Origin: Nitrosopumilaceae archaeon
Lineage (GTDB): Archaea; Thermoproteota; Nitrososphaeria; Nitrososphaerales; Nitrosopumilaceae
NCBI GenBank assembly: GCA_965200155.1
Contig: CBDATR010000005.1
Location: 1-64,000 of the forward strand
DNA length: 64,000 bases
Direction: 5' to 3'
The position numbers and the translations under genes were made by a program. The notes below the pieces were generated by a model. That model ran no database searches, was not told the DNA's origin, and saw only the letters and a program-made list of their open reading frames with translations. Positions 19,896 through 30,657 of this stretch are shown in pieces; within the stretch, counting starts at the first letter, position 1; the number at the start of each line of letters is the position of its first letter.

Positions 19896-21705
19896 ACGAT
19901 TCAACCAGATATCTCCCAGCGAATTCTTTTACAGAAATCGTGACTTGGCAGGTTTCAGTAACCCTACCCGCTCGCTATACACTGCGGTCAGGGAATTTGT
20001 GGAAAACTCGCTGGATGCATGCGATCAGAGTCGTATTTTACCCGATGTGAGATTGGAAATAAAGGCGGCAGGTGGTGAGAAACAAGACCCCTGTACGTAT
20101 TCCCTATCTGTTCACGATAACGGGCCGGGCATCACGCCTGAGCATGTGCCATTAGCGTTTGGAACCGTCCTGTATGGTTCAAAGTTTGGACTAAAACAGG
20201 CGCGGGGAATGTTCGGCCTTGGAGCTACAATGGCCATTCTTTACGGCCAGATTACCACCAATAACCCAGTCCATGTCTCCAGTAGTTTAGACGGTAAGAC
20301 TAGGGAGGAGTTTGACATATTGCTTGATATACAAAAGAACAAGCCTGTCATTCTAAAGCATACTAGAGCAGAGACGGATCACCGCGGTCTCTCCGTACGC
20401 ATAAGCCTCGATGGTGACTACTCAAAGGCTGGATCCAAGATAAGGGACTACGTATATCAGACATCCCTGATAACCCCTTATGCAACTATCACATTTGATG
20501 ATCCCAAGGGAAACCAGTACCGTTATGAGAGAATCCTCGATGACATGCCGCTATCGCCCACAATAATCAACCCGCATCCTCATGGGGTAGACGTTGAGAC
20601 CATTCGTCGCATGGCATCCGAATCGCAATTAGTTCTACCCGCAATTGATGGTGAAATAATAGAAAAGTTATGTCGCTCACTACGGCTTAATGATACCAAC
20701 GCGGGTTACGACGTAGTACTGAAGAGATCCCACAAGGTATGGAAGAAACTTAGTGGGAATAATAGGACATTTGTTTCTCTAATATCCGCGTTACGCTGCC
20801 GTCCCTCGGATTTGGCTGGTGTACAGGTACAGGAGCTGGATATACAGGATGGCTCATTATATTACTATGATAACAAATCTCCGGATGTACATTCCGTTAA
20901 ATTGAACGACGAAGAGCCATATCATTCTCATATGGTTACAATGATGGGCGGCGAGTCCTTGCAGACATTCCTTACTACGCGCTTCCAAAGGGTGGGCCCT
21001 AAAACAGCCCAAACTTTTTCCAAATTCGCCGGATTCCTGCCCGAGAAGCGCATAGGGACGCTCTCTAACCAGGAGATGGTTAAACTTAGTGACTCGTTAC
21101 ATGCATATGATCAATTCATGGCTCCGGATCCTTCCTGTCTGGCGCCCTTGGGTTCGAAGCCATTGGAGCAAGGTATGAAGAAATTCTTTAACCCGGACTT
21201 TTTATCGGTAGTTCAGCGTAGCGCCTCGGCATACTCTGGATTTCCATTCGTTGTGGAGATGGGTATAGCCTATGGTGGCAGAATACAGACCCGTGGGATA
21301 AAGGCGTACCGATTTGCCAACCGCATACCCCTCCTCTATGATGAGGGTAGTGACGTTGTTCTCAAGGTGTTACGCGATATTGACTGGAACCGCTACAAAG
21401 TCAAGTCTGACGCACCCCTGGTGGTGGCATCACACATATGCTCCACTCGCATACCATACAAGACCGTAGGAAAGGAGAACGTGGCGGATCGTATGGAGAT
21501 AGAGAAGGAGATACGGTTGGCGCTACAGTTTTTGGCCCGCCGCCTATCGTCGTACATGTCTAGGCGTGGCAAGGCCGAGGCGGCCAAGAAGCGCGCCAAT
21601 CTGTATGCCAAGTACATGCCCCTAGTAGCTCAGTTCTGTACGGAGTTGGCAGGAAAAAAGACACTACCCAAATACTCCAATATGCTGGAGGTGAAACATG
21701 ACTAA
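19888..21705 (+). CDS. top6B: DNA topoisomerase VI subunit B
   Basis: SPSEFF, EFVENSLDA, DNGPG, RFANRIPLLYD; start probably GTG 19888. Confidence 0.96.
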   Translation: MTERFNQISPSEFFYRNRDLAGFSNPTRSLYTAVREFVENSLDACDQSRILPDVRLEIKAAGGEKQDPCTYSLSVHDNGPGITPEHVPLAFGTVLYGSKFGLKQARGMFGLGATMAILYGQITTNNPVHVSSSLDGKTREEFDILLDIQKNKPVILKHTRAETDHRGLSVRISLDGDYSKAGSKIRDYVYQTSLITPYATITFDDPKGNQYRYERILDDMPLSPTIINPHPHGVDVETIRRMASESQLVLPAIDGEIIEKLCRSLRLNDTNAGYDVVLKRSHKVWKKLSGNNRTFVSLISALRCRPSDLAGVQVQELDIQDGSLYYYDNKSPDVHSVKLNDEEPYHSHMVTMMGGESLQTFLTTRFQRVGPKTAQTFSKFAGFLPEKRIGTLSNQEMVKLSDSLHAYDQFMAPDPSCLAPLGSKPLEQGMKKFFNPDFLSVVQRSASAYSGFPFVVEMGIAYGGRIQTRGIKAYRFANRIPLLYDEGSDVVLKVLRDIDWNRYKVKSDAPLVVASHICSTRIPYKTVGKENVADRMEIEKEIRLALQFLARRLSSYMSRRGKAEAAKKRANLYAKYMPLVAQFCTELAGKKTLPKYSNMLEVKHD

Positions 21706-22786
21706 GAAGAGCCGCGCATCCCGGAAACAGGCAGATATACTGGACAGGCTGCGTGATCATGGCGTCCGAATATATGATGATTTGAACAAGGGTAGATTCC
21801 CGGTCTTTGATATTCCAAGCCGTTCAGTCAGTAATATCGTATATGATGAGAAACTTCGACAGTACATACTTGGGAGCTCATCATCAACTCGCAGTTCCCG
21901 TAATACGTCCCAACTGCGCTCCTTCTCACAACTAATGTGGCTTGCATTCTTTGCTAATCGTTTAACAAAAGAGAAGAAATCATCCACCCTCAGGGATGTA
22001 TACTACTCCTCCCAGGCATTTACCATAGATTTCGAGGACCAGGCGGAATCTGATAATATTATAGTTGATCTGGAAGCGGTCTTGGCCCGGCCCCGGGAGA
22101 GCATGCACATATTTCCCGAGGAGCGTAGTTCGGTCTTTGGTGATTTGGATATAGAGTACACTGTTCCGGGATACGAGGGAAAGCGTATGAATCTGTCTAA
22201 TCATCCGGATGGCTATGCCATAGGGCCTAGCCTAACCAGCGCCGAGTTGGTCAGCACAAACGCGGAGATGGTAATCGCCATAGAGAAGGGCGGTTTATTC
22301 ACAAGATTCGTGGAAGAACAGGTGGACAAGAAGTTCAAGGCCATAATAGTGGATACCGGTGGTCAGGCTCCCCGCTCCACTAGGACACTGCTGAGGCGTC
22401 TGCATGAGGAATTATCATTACCAGTCATAATACTGACCGACGGGGACGTCTATGGTGAACATATTGCAATGGTAATAAAATCCGGTTCTGCCAACGCGGC
22501 ACACCTGCGAGAGCTTACCGTTCCTGATGCAAAATGGGTTGGAGTCTGGGCCACTGACATCGAACGATATGGCTTGCCCACCATACCCATGACCGAATCT
22601 GACATGAAACGGTGCCACGATCTACAAAAGGACCCGCGCTATTCCCACGGAATATGGAAGAAGGAGCTGGAGGTATTTCTAAAGATAAAGAGGAAAGCGG
22701 AGCTGGAGGCGTTCTCAAAGTATGGCTTAACCAACATTACTGACAAGTATCTTCCTCACAAAATAGAACTGGCCCGTAGTCTCTAA
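21698..22786 (+). CDS. top6A: DNA topoisomerase VI subunit A
   Basis: TLRDVYY catalytic Tyr, IEKGG, DGDVYG TOPRIM motif. Confidence 0.96.
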   Translation: MTKKSRASRKQADILDRLRDHGVRIYDDLNKGRFPVFDIPSRSVSNIVYDEKLRQYILGSSSSTRSSRNTSQLRSFSQLMWLAFFANRLTKEKKSSTLRDVYYSSQAFTIDFEDQAESDNIIVDLEAVLARPRESMHIFPEERSSVFGDLDIEYTVPGYEGKRMNLSNHPDGYAIGPSLTSAELVSTNAEMVIAIEKGGLFTRFVEEQVDKKFKAIIVDTGGQAPRSTRTLLRRLHEELSLPVIILTDGDVYGEHIAMVIKSGSANAAHLRELTVPDAKWVGVWATDIERYGLPTIPMTESDMKRCHDLQKDPRYSHGIWKKELEVFLKIKRKAELEAFSKYGLTNITDKYLPHKIELARSL

Positions 22787-22788
22787 TA

Positions 22789-23265
22789 CTAGCCAATCTT
22801 TAAGGTCAGTACGCCATTGCGGTACTTAAAGTCAGATATCTGCATAGCTTCTGAGCCACTGATGGGAACCTCTCGATTGAAGCCTCCACTACCTCGTATG
22901 TACAAGATGCCACTTATCAGGCGCACCATTATCTTGTCTTCTGGTCCGGGAACTTCCGCTACAAAGACTATCTCGCGGTCTCCCTTTATGAGGTCATAGA
23001 CCCAATTCTTGGTCTCCTGCTCCCGTTGGGAATATTTGGGGGCATTACTCTTTATCATATTCTTTAGGACTCTGGCCCAAAATATCATAACAATGGCAGC
23101 GACCCCAATCAGCATAAAGCTTACATGATTATTGTACCCTTGGGCTGACATAAGATACAGCACACCCAAAAAGACTATAATTACAACAGGGACTATCTGT
23201 TCTGTGCTCTTTTCATTGTATGTATTTTTGTAACTGGACACTATAATCTTGACTACCGCGACCAA
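22789..23265 (-). CDS. Membrane-anchored Hsp20/alpha-crystallin-like protein
   Basis: Two TM helices, then VAEVPG...YRNGVLTL. Confidence 0.7.
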   Translation of the reverse strand: MVAVVKIIVSSYKNTYNEKSTEQIVPVVIIVFLGVLYLMSAQGYNNHVSFMLIGVAAIVMIFWARVLKNMIKSNAPKYSQREQETKNWVYDLIKGDREIVFVAEVPGPEDKIMVRLISGILYIRGSGGFNREVPISGSEAMQISDFKYRNGVLTLKIG

Positions 23266-23407
23266 ATATGTGGGTTGCGGTATCTAACTATGTGCGCCAA
23301 ACTGGTTACATCAAATTTTATTTACTACCATTTCTGTATCTTGCAGTGTTTGCCGGTGTGTGTTTGTTATGCCTAAATTTACGTACATGTGTGGACTCAT
23401 GTTGGCT

Positions 23408-23947
23408 CTATCTAAGTACACCGCGCGCAAAGAGATTTACAACTCGTGAATACAGTAAATGCTCACGTTCCAATATTCGAGAGGATAGAGTTGCAGTCGT
23501 GTCATCCGGGGAAATGTGCACTACATCCTGCATTATTATGGGTCCTGTATCCACACCTGAGTCGACAAAATGAACCGTGCAACCGGAGTATTGTGCTCCC
23601 TCACTCAGTGCTTGCTCCTGAGCCCTTAGTCCAGGAAATAGTGGCAACAGGGCTGGATGAATGTTAATTATCGTATGCCGGTCGATAATATCTTTGGGTA
23701 ATAGGCGCATAAAGCCTGCTAGGCAAACAAGATCTGGTGCTAATTCCCGCAATCGGTAAGCAAGATCATCCATATTCTCTTCGATAAATGTGGGGATTCC
23801 CATATCTTGAGCTATGTTAATTCCAGGAGCCTGATGTTTATTTGATATTACAGCTTTTATGCGAGCTGATATTCTGCCATTTTTTATAGAAGTGGCTAGT
23901 GCCTCCATATTTGACCCACGTCCGGAGATTAGTATTACAATATCCAC
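23408..23947 (-). CDS. purN: Phosphoribosylglycinamide formyltransferase
   Basis: SGRGSNM, LAGFMR, NIHPALLP, GCTVHFVD..DTGPI. Confidence 0.95.
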   Translation of the reverse strand: MDIVILISGRGSNMEALATSIKNGRISARIKAVISNKHQAPGINIAQDMGIPTFIEENMDDLAYRLRELAPDLVCLAGFMRLLPKDIIDRHTIINIHPALLPLFPGLRAQEQALSEGAQYSGCTVHFVDSGVDTGPIIMQDVVHISPDDTTATLSSRILEREHLLYSRVVNLFARGVLR

Positions 23948-24098
23948 ACCGGTTGTAAAAACTTATCATATCTTAAACGTTAACATAAATAAATTGTTAT
24001 CCTGTGTATCTATACATACAAAAATAGTACGTATTGATTAATTACAAGTGTAAATAATATTAATCGTAGTATACAAGCGTGAGTATAAGTAAACCCAT

Positions 24099-24525
24099 AA
24101 CAATAGACCTTATGCGCATGATTGACAGGAATAGCCTAGGTTGCTTCAAACTGGGGTGTATTTTATGGCACACAATCAGTCAAGCATGAACAATGTGAAT
24201 GGCACCTGCCAGCACTAACGTATGCCGTGATTACAAATGTCGTGTAGTGGGGTGACCGGATCTTGATGACGTATATCATGAGTGAGCTAAATGGTTGTAT
24301 GAGTTCACGTCTTCCGGAATCTTGTGCACAAATCACATTAACTGTCGCGATCAGTTATGCGTAAATTTAGACACAGGTGAACTCATACAAATGGTTACCA
24401 CAAAACCCATTAATTTAGTGGATTTTCTAATAAGTAATATTCGAATTATAATAACACGGAAATTATGGACAGATATTTTTCAAGAATTTCTTGTACCTGG
24501 TATGCTTGTGCATAATGTGTAAATT
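24099..24525. repeat. Inverted duplicate of 9040-9513
   Basis: Sequence identity on the opposite strand. Confidence 0.85.
24297..24388 (+). mobile_element. MITE-A copy
   Basis: TSD AAATGGTT. Confidence 0.93.
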
Positions 24526-24553
24526 ATGCAACCCGGATACTACGAGTAGATCT

Positions 24554-24645
24554 GTATGTGTTCACGTCTTCCGGAATCTTGTGCACAAATCACATTAACT
24601 GTAGCGATCAGTTATGCGTAAATTTAGACACAGGTGAACTCATAC
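24554..24645 (+). mobile_element. MITE-A copy (no TSD)
   Basis: Full body; left TIR variant GTATGTGTTCAC. Confidence 0.88.
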
Positions 24646-24713
24646 GTTTTACCTACCTATTTGAATATTGTCCATAAATTAACTTGTACACTTTTTCATC
24701 ATACTAATTCTAC

Positions 24714-24805
24714 GTATGTGTTCACGTCTTCCGGAATCTTGTGCACAAATCACATTAACTGTCGCGATCAGTTGTGCGTAAATTTAGACACAGGTGAACT
24801 CATAC
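24714..24805 (+). mobile_element. MITE-A copy
   Basis: Left TIR variant GTATGTGTTCAC; flanking duplication TAATTCTAC. Confidence 0.9.
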
Positions 24806-24960
24806 TAATTCTACATATGTATGATCTTAAATCATCTGTAAGTGGCAATTTATCTCTGAATTTACTTGTGGTCGGTGGCGGCAATTTGAGCATATGATTG
24901 GTGTACTTGTTCACTTGGACTAGTGCAAACTTATATTGTTTTAAGTGATACTAGTTATAC

Positions 24961-25344
24961 ATGAGTCATGACTTTAATAAACTACTTAAAGCGGTGCTAG
25001 AGGCTGACAAAAACGTACGCTTTGCGGGTATATCTGATCTGGATGGCAATCTACTACATAGCATGGTCCATGAGGGTATTGAAACGCTCATGACGCTAGA
25101 TGAAACCAAAGATACGTTGAAACATGCAGCTATGGCTTGGAAGTCCCGTATGAAGCATTATGACAAAATCGGTCGCGGTCTTTACACCTTGGCTGTATAT
25201 GAGAAGCTGAGACGTGCTACTATACCTTTGGGCGACAACCTAATACTTCTGGTAACTATTGACAATCAGGGTGGACAAAAGCAGATAATGGATCATCTTC
25301 TGAATATAGTACTTTATCATGATTACACATATCCAGATTACTGA
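24961..25344 (+). CDS. Thaumarchaeal roadblock-like protein (DUF6659-like)
   Basis: VRFAGISDLDG...IGRGLYTLAVYEKLRRATIP. Confidence 0.7.
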   Translation: MSHDFNKLLKAVLEADKNVRFAGISDLDGNLLHSMVHEGIETLMTLDETKDTLKHAAMAWKSRMKHYDKIGRGLYTLAVYEKLRRATIPLGDNLILLVTIDNQGGQKQIMDHLLNIVLYHDYTYPDY

Positions 25345-25555
25345 TTTTTCCATTTATCTTTCTTTAATTTTTGCCTATTGTTCCGTGCCAAATTTTTGTT
25401 CAACAGCGCCGTATTTTTCTAAATATGACATTTTGGATGAATATAATTTTTCCATTTTATATGAGTATTTTATTATTCCCTTCAATAATTACCATTAAAT
25501 TGACTATGGCTGCTTATGTTTGTCCGTCTTATTCACAAGGCACTAATCACTAGGG

Positions 25556-25647
25556 GTATGAGTTCACGTCTTCCGGAATCTTGTGCACAAATCACATTAA
25601 CTGTCGCGATCAGTTGTGCGTAAATTTAGACACAGGTGAACTCATAC
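25556..25647 (+). mobile_element. MITE-A copy
   Basis: TSD CACTAGGG. Confidence 0.93.
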
Positions 25648-25773
25648 CACTAGGGTGTGTGGACATGGGTGAACTTATGTATGGATTGTCCCTCTTGGCT
25701 CTAAACCTATCCAGATTATTGTAGCGTGAGTCAACTCGTAATGCTTTTATGAGCATTCAAAAGTCAATTAATC

Positions 25774-26082
25774 ATGCCCAGTTGTCCTGAGTGTACTGCA
25801 ATACAACGCAAGAAGGTACAGGAGGAATATGAGACCAATACGCCAGAGGATGAGCGTAGCAGAGATGATCTGTTCAAACTATTTGACCAGATAGACTATC
25901 CCATGAAGTCTGATCCACATACTAGGCATTTTGTATGTAGAAGGTGCGGGCTTTATGCAACCAGAGAACAAGTCTCTGAACTACGTATACGCCTCAATCG
26001 CAAGGAGAAGACACGTCAGGATATACAGGATGACTATCTGGAGTGGTGGCAAAAGAGCAAAAAGGAAAAGCTCTTGGAATAG
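25774..26082 (+). CDS. Conserved hypothetical Zn-binding protein
   Basis: CPEC...CRRCG, DYLEWW. Confidence 0.75.
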   Translation: MPSCPECTAIQRKKVQEEYETNTPEDERSRDDLFKLFDQIDYPMKSDPHTRHFVCRRCGLYATREQVSELRIRLNRKEKTRQDIQDDYLEWWQKSKKEKLLE

Positions 26083-26112
26083 ATGTACAAGTTAAGCTGA
26101 ACCATGTGTGTG

Positions 26113-26883
26113 CTACTGTGAAATGTTTCGCCTAAAGTATCGAGCTATCATATAGTCTGTGAGGTATGGTATGCTATGTTTCGCCCATATGGCCATGCGC
26201 GCAATACCGGGAACGGTTATCTCTGTACGATTGGATGAGGATGCACGCACGATTCCTCGGGCAACCGCCTCGGCGCTGACCGAATATCTTGGAATTGCTC
26301 TTCTGCCAAAAAAATCGGTACGAACAGTTATGGGGCTTACCACAGTAACGCCAACACCGGTATCTGCCAGTTCGTGCCGCAATCCCTCGGAGAAACCCAG
26401 CATTGCCGATTTGGAAGCGCAGTATGGGGCCGCTCCCGGTAAACCAAAGCTGGCTGCCACTGACGCCACGTTCACTATGTGGCCTGAGCCGCGCTCCACC
26501 ATGCCCGGTAGGAATGATTTTGTCATGTATACCATGCCCATATAGTTGGTGGCAATTTGAGACTCTATCTGTTGTGTATCCATATCTAGCACACTATTGA
26601 AGATGGCAAATCCTGCATTATTCACCAATATGTCCGGATCGCCCAACTCCTCGCGTATGCGACCAGATGCAGTAACGGTATCCTTGTATGACGACACATC
26701 GCAAGGTACTGCCAATGCTAGACCGCCCTGTTTTTCTATATCCTTGCGCAGTAGTTCAAGAAGGGAGGCTCGACGTGCAACTAATACCACCGTGTCCCCC
26801 CGTTTAGCAAAGGCCAGTGATGCACTCTTGCCTATTCCTGATGAGGCTCCTGTGACTACCACTGTTTGTGGTGCCGGAGTCAT
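26113..26883 (-). CDS. SDR-family oxidoreductase
   Basis: TGASSGIG, NNAG, YCASK. Confidence 0.93.
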   Translation of the reverse strand: MTPAPQTVVVTGASSGIGKSASLAFAKRGDTVVLVARRASLLELLRKDIEKQGGLALAVPCDVSSYKDTVTASGRIREELGDPDILVNNAGFAIFNSVLDMDTQQIESQIATNYMGMVYMTKSFLPGMVERGSGHIVNVASVAASFGLPGAAPYCASKSAMLGFSEGLRHELADTGVGVTVVSPITVRTDFFGRRAIPRYSVSAEAVARGIVRASSSNRTEITVPGIARMAIWAKHSIPYLTDYMIARYFRRNISQ

Positions 26884-27905
26884 TGCCGTTCCTCTATATC
26901 CGAGCGCGTGACCTTACTTAGCGCCAGCTTTACCAACAGCAGCCATGTTATGACTAGTGGAATGTAGTATGTAGCTATTCTCCATCCCACTATGGCATTC
27001 CACTCCACTCCTCCATGGACCACCGCAAAGTCAAAGGGGTTGGCATTGTTCAGGTACGCGAATATGCCCAGCTCCGTGAGCCCTGATCCCCCTACGGTAA
27101 TGGGCAGATTGGCTATGGCGTTGGCTGCCATCACGGCCATTACAGAATCAAATATTTCTATATGATAACCCACTCCCACGGCTATTATCAAAAAAGATAT
27201 GCCATACATTGTCCATGATGCCAGAGACATGAGAAACGCGTTGATCAACACCTTGGTGGATTTTTTTGAGTTCTTGTATTCTCGACTGGTATTACAAATG
27301 CCCAACAACCACTTGTCGGCTTCGTCTATGTATCGGCTACCCTTGGCCTTGGACACCCGCGAGACCAGTAATCGTATCGCGTTTGGTATGCGAAAAGTAC
27401 GTTGGGATGAAAGAAAGAAGAGTACGCCCCATATGGCAGTTATTGGTATGCTTACTGCCAAAACCAGCGCCCCTATGAAATAGAATCCCGCCCATATGGC
27501 CAGCAGTCCTGCTAGCATGGACAGGGCCCCTGCTGCCAGTACCTCCGTTACAATATCTACTAGGGCTATCCATGCAGACATGGATGCGGGCACCTTCTTC
27601 TTGTGCAGATAATATATCATGATTATCTCGGCTCCCACAAACATGGGTGTGGAAAATTTAATGAACTCGCTACCTATTCGTACTCCTGCCAGCTTGACTA
27701 ACTGATCAGCGTTACCCATGTATGACTGTGCTATGTATGCAAACTTGGCACCCTGGATGCCCAGCTTGGTTATCATTACTAACACGGCCAGCGTGAACGG
27801 TACTGCGCCTATGGCCAAAACGTCCTGTATTTGTATGTCAAATCTCAATACAATGATTATAACCGGAATCAATGTGGCGCCCACAGCCACAAGTCTCCAG
27901 TTCAT
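26880..27905 (-). CDS. LPG synthase TM / flippase-like membrane protein (UPF0104)
   Basis: Multi-TM; LPITVGGSGLTE, WRIATYY. Confidence 0.8.
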   Translation of the reverse strand: MNWRLVAVGATLIPVIIIVLRFDIQIQDVLAIGAVPFTLAVLVMITKLGIQGAKFAYIAQSYMGNADQLVKLAGVRIGSEFIKFSTPMFVGAEIIMIYYLHKKKVPASMSAWIALVDIVTEVLAAGALSMLAGLLAIWAGFYFIGALVLAVSIPITAIWGVLFFLSSQRTFRIPNAIRLLVSRVSKAKGSRYIDEADKWLLGICNTSREYKNSKKSTKVLINAFLMSLASWTMYGISFLIIAVGVGYHIEIFDSVMAVMAANAIANLPITVGGSGLTELGIFAYLNNANPFDFAVVHGGVEWNAIVGWRIATYYIPLVITWLLLVKLALSKVTRSDIEERQ

Positions 27906-27953
27906 TCATTCCTTGTTTATGGATTCAAATATAAGCCAATAAGAGTGCTAGGT

Positions 27954-28709
27954 ATGAGGTGCATCTTTATGCTGGGTACCGCGGGTGCGGGCAAGTCCCT
28001 GCTTACCTCCAAGATACAGGAATACTATACCCGTAACGGCGCCTTTGCCGCTACACTGAACCTTGATCCTGGCGTGGTATGGCTGCCCTATGCCCCAGAC
28101 GTGGATATTCGGGAGCACGTAAAGATCTCTGATATAATGGAGAGATACAACTTGGGCCCCAACGGTAGCTTGGTGATGGCCAGTGACATGATCGCGACTA
28201 GGTTGCCGCATGTACAGGAGCAGATACACAAACTTAATCCTGACTACTTATTGGTGGATACGCCGGGGCAGGTTGAACTCTTTGCATATCGGAGTAGCGG
28301 CCCCTTCATAACGGCGGAGCTAGCCGCGGATAACAGGGTGGCTGTATTCCTACACGATGGGGCCATGGTGTCTAACGCTGCCAGCTTCCTGTCTGTGTCC
28401 CTGTTAGGTCTGTCCATAAGACTTAGACTGCGTATTCCGTTTATTGACATACTAAGCAAAGTGGATATGGTGCAGGATACTGATCACATACTTGGATGGG
28501 CCGAGGATACCAACGGGGCACTGGATGAGGTCGCCGATATTACGGACGGGGAGATGTATTCCTTGCTGTCTCAGTTAACTCGTAGTGTTGATGAGATGGA
28601 CTATGTGGGCGGCCTGATACCGGTATCCAGCGCCACTGGTAGTGGGTTGCCTGAGTTGGTCGCCGCCCTGGGACGTATACTGAGTCAGGGTGAGGAGGTA
28701 GAAGATTGA
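27954..28709 (+). CDS. GPN-loop GTPase
   Basis: GTAGAGKS, NLDPG, LGPNG, DTPGQVE. Confidence 0.92.
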   Translation: MRCIFMLGTAGAGKSLLTSKIQEYYTRNGAFAATLNLDPGVVWLPYAPDVDIREHVKISDIMERYNLGPNGSLVMASDMIATRLPHVQEQIHKLNPDYLLVDTPGQVELFAYRSSGPFITAELAADNRVAVFLHDGAMVSNAASFLSVSLLGLSIRLRLRIPFIDILSKVDMVQDTDHILGWAEDTNGALDEVADITDGEMYSLLSQLTRSVDEMDYVGGLIPVSSATGSGLPELVAALGRILSQGEEVED

Positions 28710-29608
28710 GGGCGCGCGCATTTTCATCCACCGCTAATCTGGGCCCCGGCTTTGACGTGTTTGGTCTGGCTATAGATGCGTATAGCGATACAGTGGCGGT
28801 GAGCAAGACTGACGATCCCGGAATTCGTGTGGTGGCCGATGGCGGAGTTCCGCTAGACGCGGAGCAGAATACCGCTGCAGTAGCTATCCGGGCCATACAG
28901 GAAGATATTGGCATAAGCGACGGAGTTCTTGTAGACATACAGAAGGGTGTTCCTCCCGGTTATGGCATGGGAAGTAGCGCGGCTTCTGCCGCGGCGGCGG
29001 CGGTTGCATATGATGCCCTATATGATTTGAAATTGGATACTGACAGACTTGTACAATATGCCGGACACGGCGAGATTGCCAGTGCTGGCGCTAGCCATTA
29101 TGACAATGTGGCCGCTTCCGTATGTGGTGACTTTGTTATGGTGAGGGACGGCCCCAAGGTGATACATGTCCCGGCGCCCGATGACTTGGTGATGTGTGTT
29201 ACAACACCCAGAATCAAGACACCCAAGCAGAAGACCAAGGTCTCCCGTTCTGTACTACCGGGTATGGTTCCGCTAAAGGATGCTACGCGTAACCTGGCTA
29301 ACGCAACAGCATTGGCGGCCGGGTTCTTTACCGGCGACGTATCTTTGATTTGCAACTCCATGAATGACTGTATAGTGGAGCCAGCTCGTAAGCACTTGAT
29401 GACCAATTTTGATAATGTTCGTACACTGGCCCTTGAGGCCGGTGCCTTGGGCGTCAGTATAAGCGGAGCCGGTCCCTCGGTTATCGTATTTGCCGGTGCT
29501 GACGCGGACATGCCTTCTATACGGGATGCCATGATTCGGGGCTTTGAGCCTGTGCCCTGTGATGCTGTAATATGCAGGTCGGCGCCGGGCGCCACTGTGA
29601 TACAATGA
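28706..29608 (+). CDS. thrB: Homoserine kinase
   Basis: ANLGPGFD, GMGSSAAS, HYDNV, ISGAGPS. Confidence 0.94.
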   Translation: MRARAFSSTANLGPGFDVFGLAIDAYSDTVAVSKTDDPGIRVVADGGVPLDAEQNTAAVAIRAIQEDIGISDGVLVDIQKGVPPGYGMGSSAASAAAAAVAYDALYDLKLDTDRLVQYAGHGEIASAGASHYDNVAASVCGDFVMVRDGPKVIHVPAPDDLVMCVTTPRIKTPKQKTKVSRSVLPGMVPLKDATRNLANATALAAGFFTGDVSLICNSMNDCIVEPARKHLMTNFDNVRTLALEAGALGVSISGAGPSVIVFAGADADMPSIRDAMIRGFEPVPCDAVICRSAPGATVIQ

Positions 29609-30282
29609 TGGCCAAGGTCGTATTGGTGTACAGTGGGGGCCTGGATTCCGTATGTGTATCTGCCGTACTGGGCAAAAAGTATGACGTGTATGCCATATCT
29701 TTCTCGTATGGCCAGAGAGCTCCCTGTGAGGTACGTGCAGCCGAGAAGCTTGTGCCTCTGTTGGGCATAAAACAGCATCACACCGTGAATATGGATTTTA
29801 TGAAGGACCTGTATGGCTCCTCCAATACACTCACCAGCGACGAGTCTCCGGTACCTCATTCCTTTGATTACTCTATCGTGGTTCCGGTACGCAATGGTGT
29901 CTTTTTATCAGTGGCCTCGGCTTGGGCATATTCTCTGGGGGCTCATATGGTGGCATATGGAGCACACACCGGCGATGTATCCTACCCTGATTGCAGACCA
30001 GCCTTTGCTCAGGCCATGGAAGATACCATGAATCTGGGCGAGGCCGATGGAATACGCGACAACATACGTCATCCAATTCGCGTCTGGTCACCATACGCGG
30101 ACGGTATCACCAAGAGTCAGCTCCTGCGCATGGGCCTAGATATACTGGGTGACTTAATATTTCAGTCTTGGAGCTGTTATCTGGACGGGGATGTCCACTG
30201 CGGGACCTGTGAGTCGTGTATGAACAGACGTCGCGCCTTTGATGATGCTGGCATACAAGATATGACCAAATACGCTCAGTAA
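29605..30282 (+). CDS. queC: 7-cyano-7-deazaguanine synthase
   Basis: SGGLDS, YGQR, VPVRN, YPDC, SCY...CGTCESC. Confidence 0.94.
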   Translation: MMAKVVLVYSGGLDSVCVSAVLGKKYDVYAISFSYGQRAPCEVRAAEKLVPLLGIKQHHTVNMDFMKDLYGSSNTLTSDESPVPHSFDYSIVVPVRNGVFLSVASAWAYSLGAHMVAYGAHTGDVSYPDCRPAFAQAMEDTMNLGEADGIRDNIRHPIRVWSPYADGITKSQLLRMGLDILGDLIFQSWSCYLDGDVHCGTCESCMNRRRAFDDAGIQDMTKYAQ

Positions 30283-30527
30283 CGATTCTCCAGTATTGGT
30301 TTTTTGAGCACCAGGGAGCGTATTACAATATACCATGCCAAGAATATGCCGCCCACTATCCCATAGAATATCCAGTTCTGCTGATCTGCGGCAAGGCCCT
30401 CAATGGAATCGGTCACCGTACGTGCCACTAGCATGGAGACTGCCATCACGATTCCCATCTCTATGGCATACCATGTCCAATGCGGCCAAGATTCACTGGG
30501 TATGTGCACGTTGTTGTGTACGCCCAT
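30276..30527 (-). CDS. Small hypothetical membrane protein
   Basis: Two hydrophobic segments; ATG 30527. Confidence 0.65.
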   Translation of the reverse strand: MGVHNNVHIPSESWPHWTWYAIEMGIVMAVSMLVARTVTDSIEGLAADQQNWIFYGIVGGIFLAWYIVIRSLVLKKPILENRY

Positions 30528-30657
30528 GCACACTATCACTTGATGGTGGATATTTAAACGATTATGACAGCATCCTACCAGCTCTGACATGGCCGCCACA
30601 GGCAAGTCAAGTATTATACGATACGGATATAATTAGCTGAGCATTATACGCGCGGAT

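Noticed and set aside
24297-25647. Clustered 92-bp repeats read as a CRISPR array
   Set aside because: Repeats are too long, irregularly spaced, have TIRs and TSDs, and occur in both orientations elsewhere
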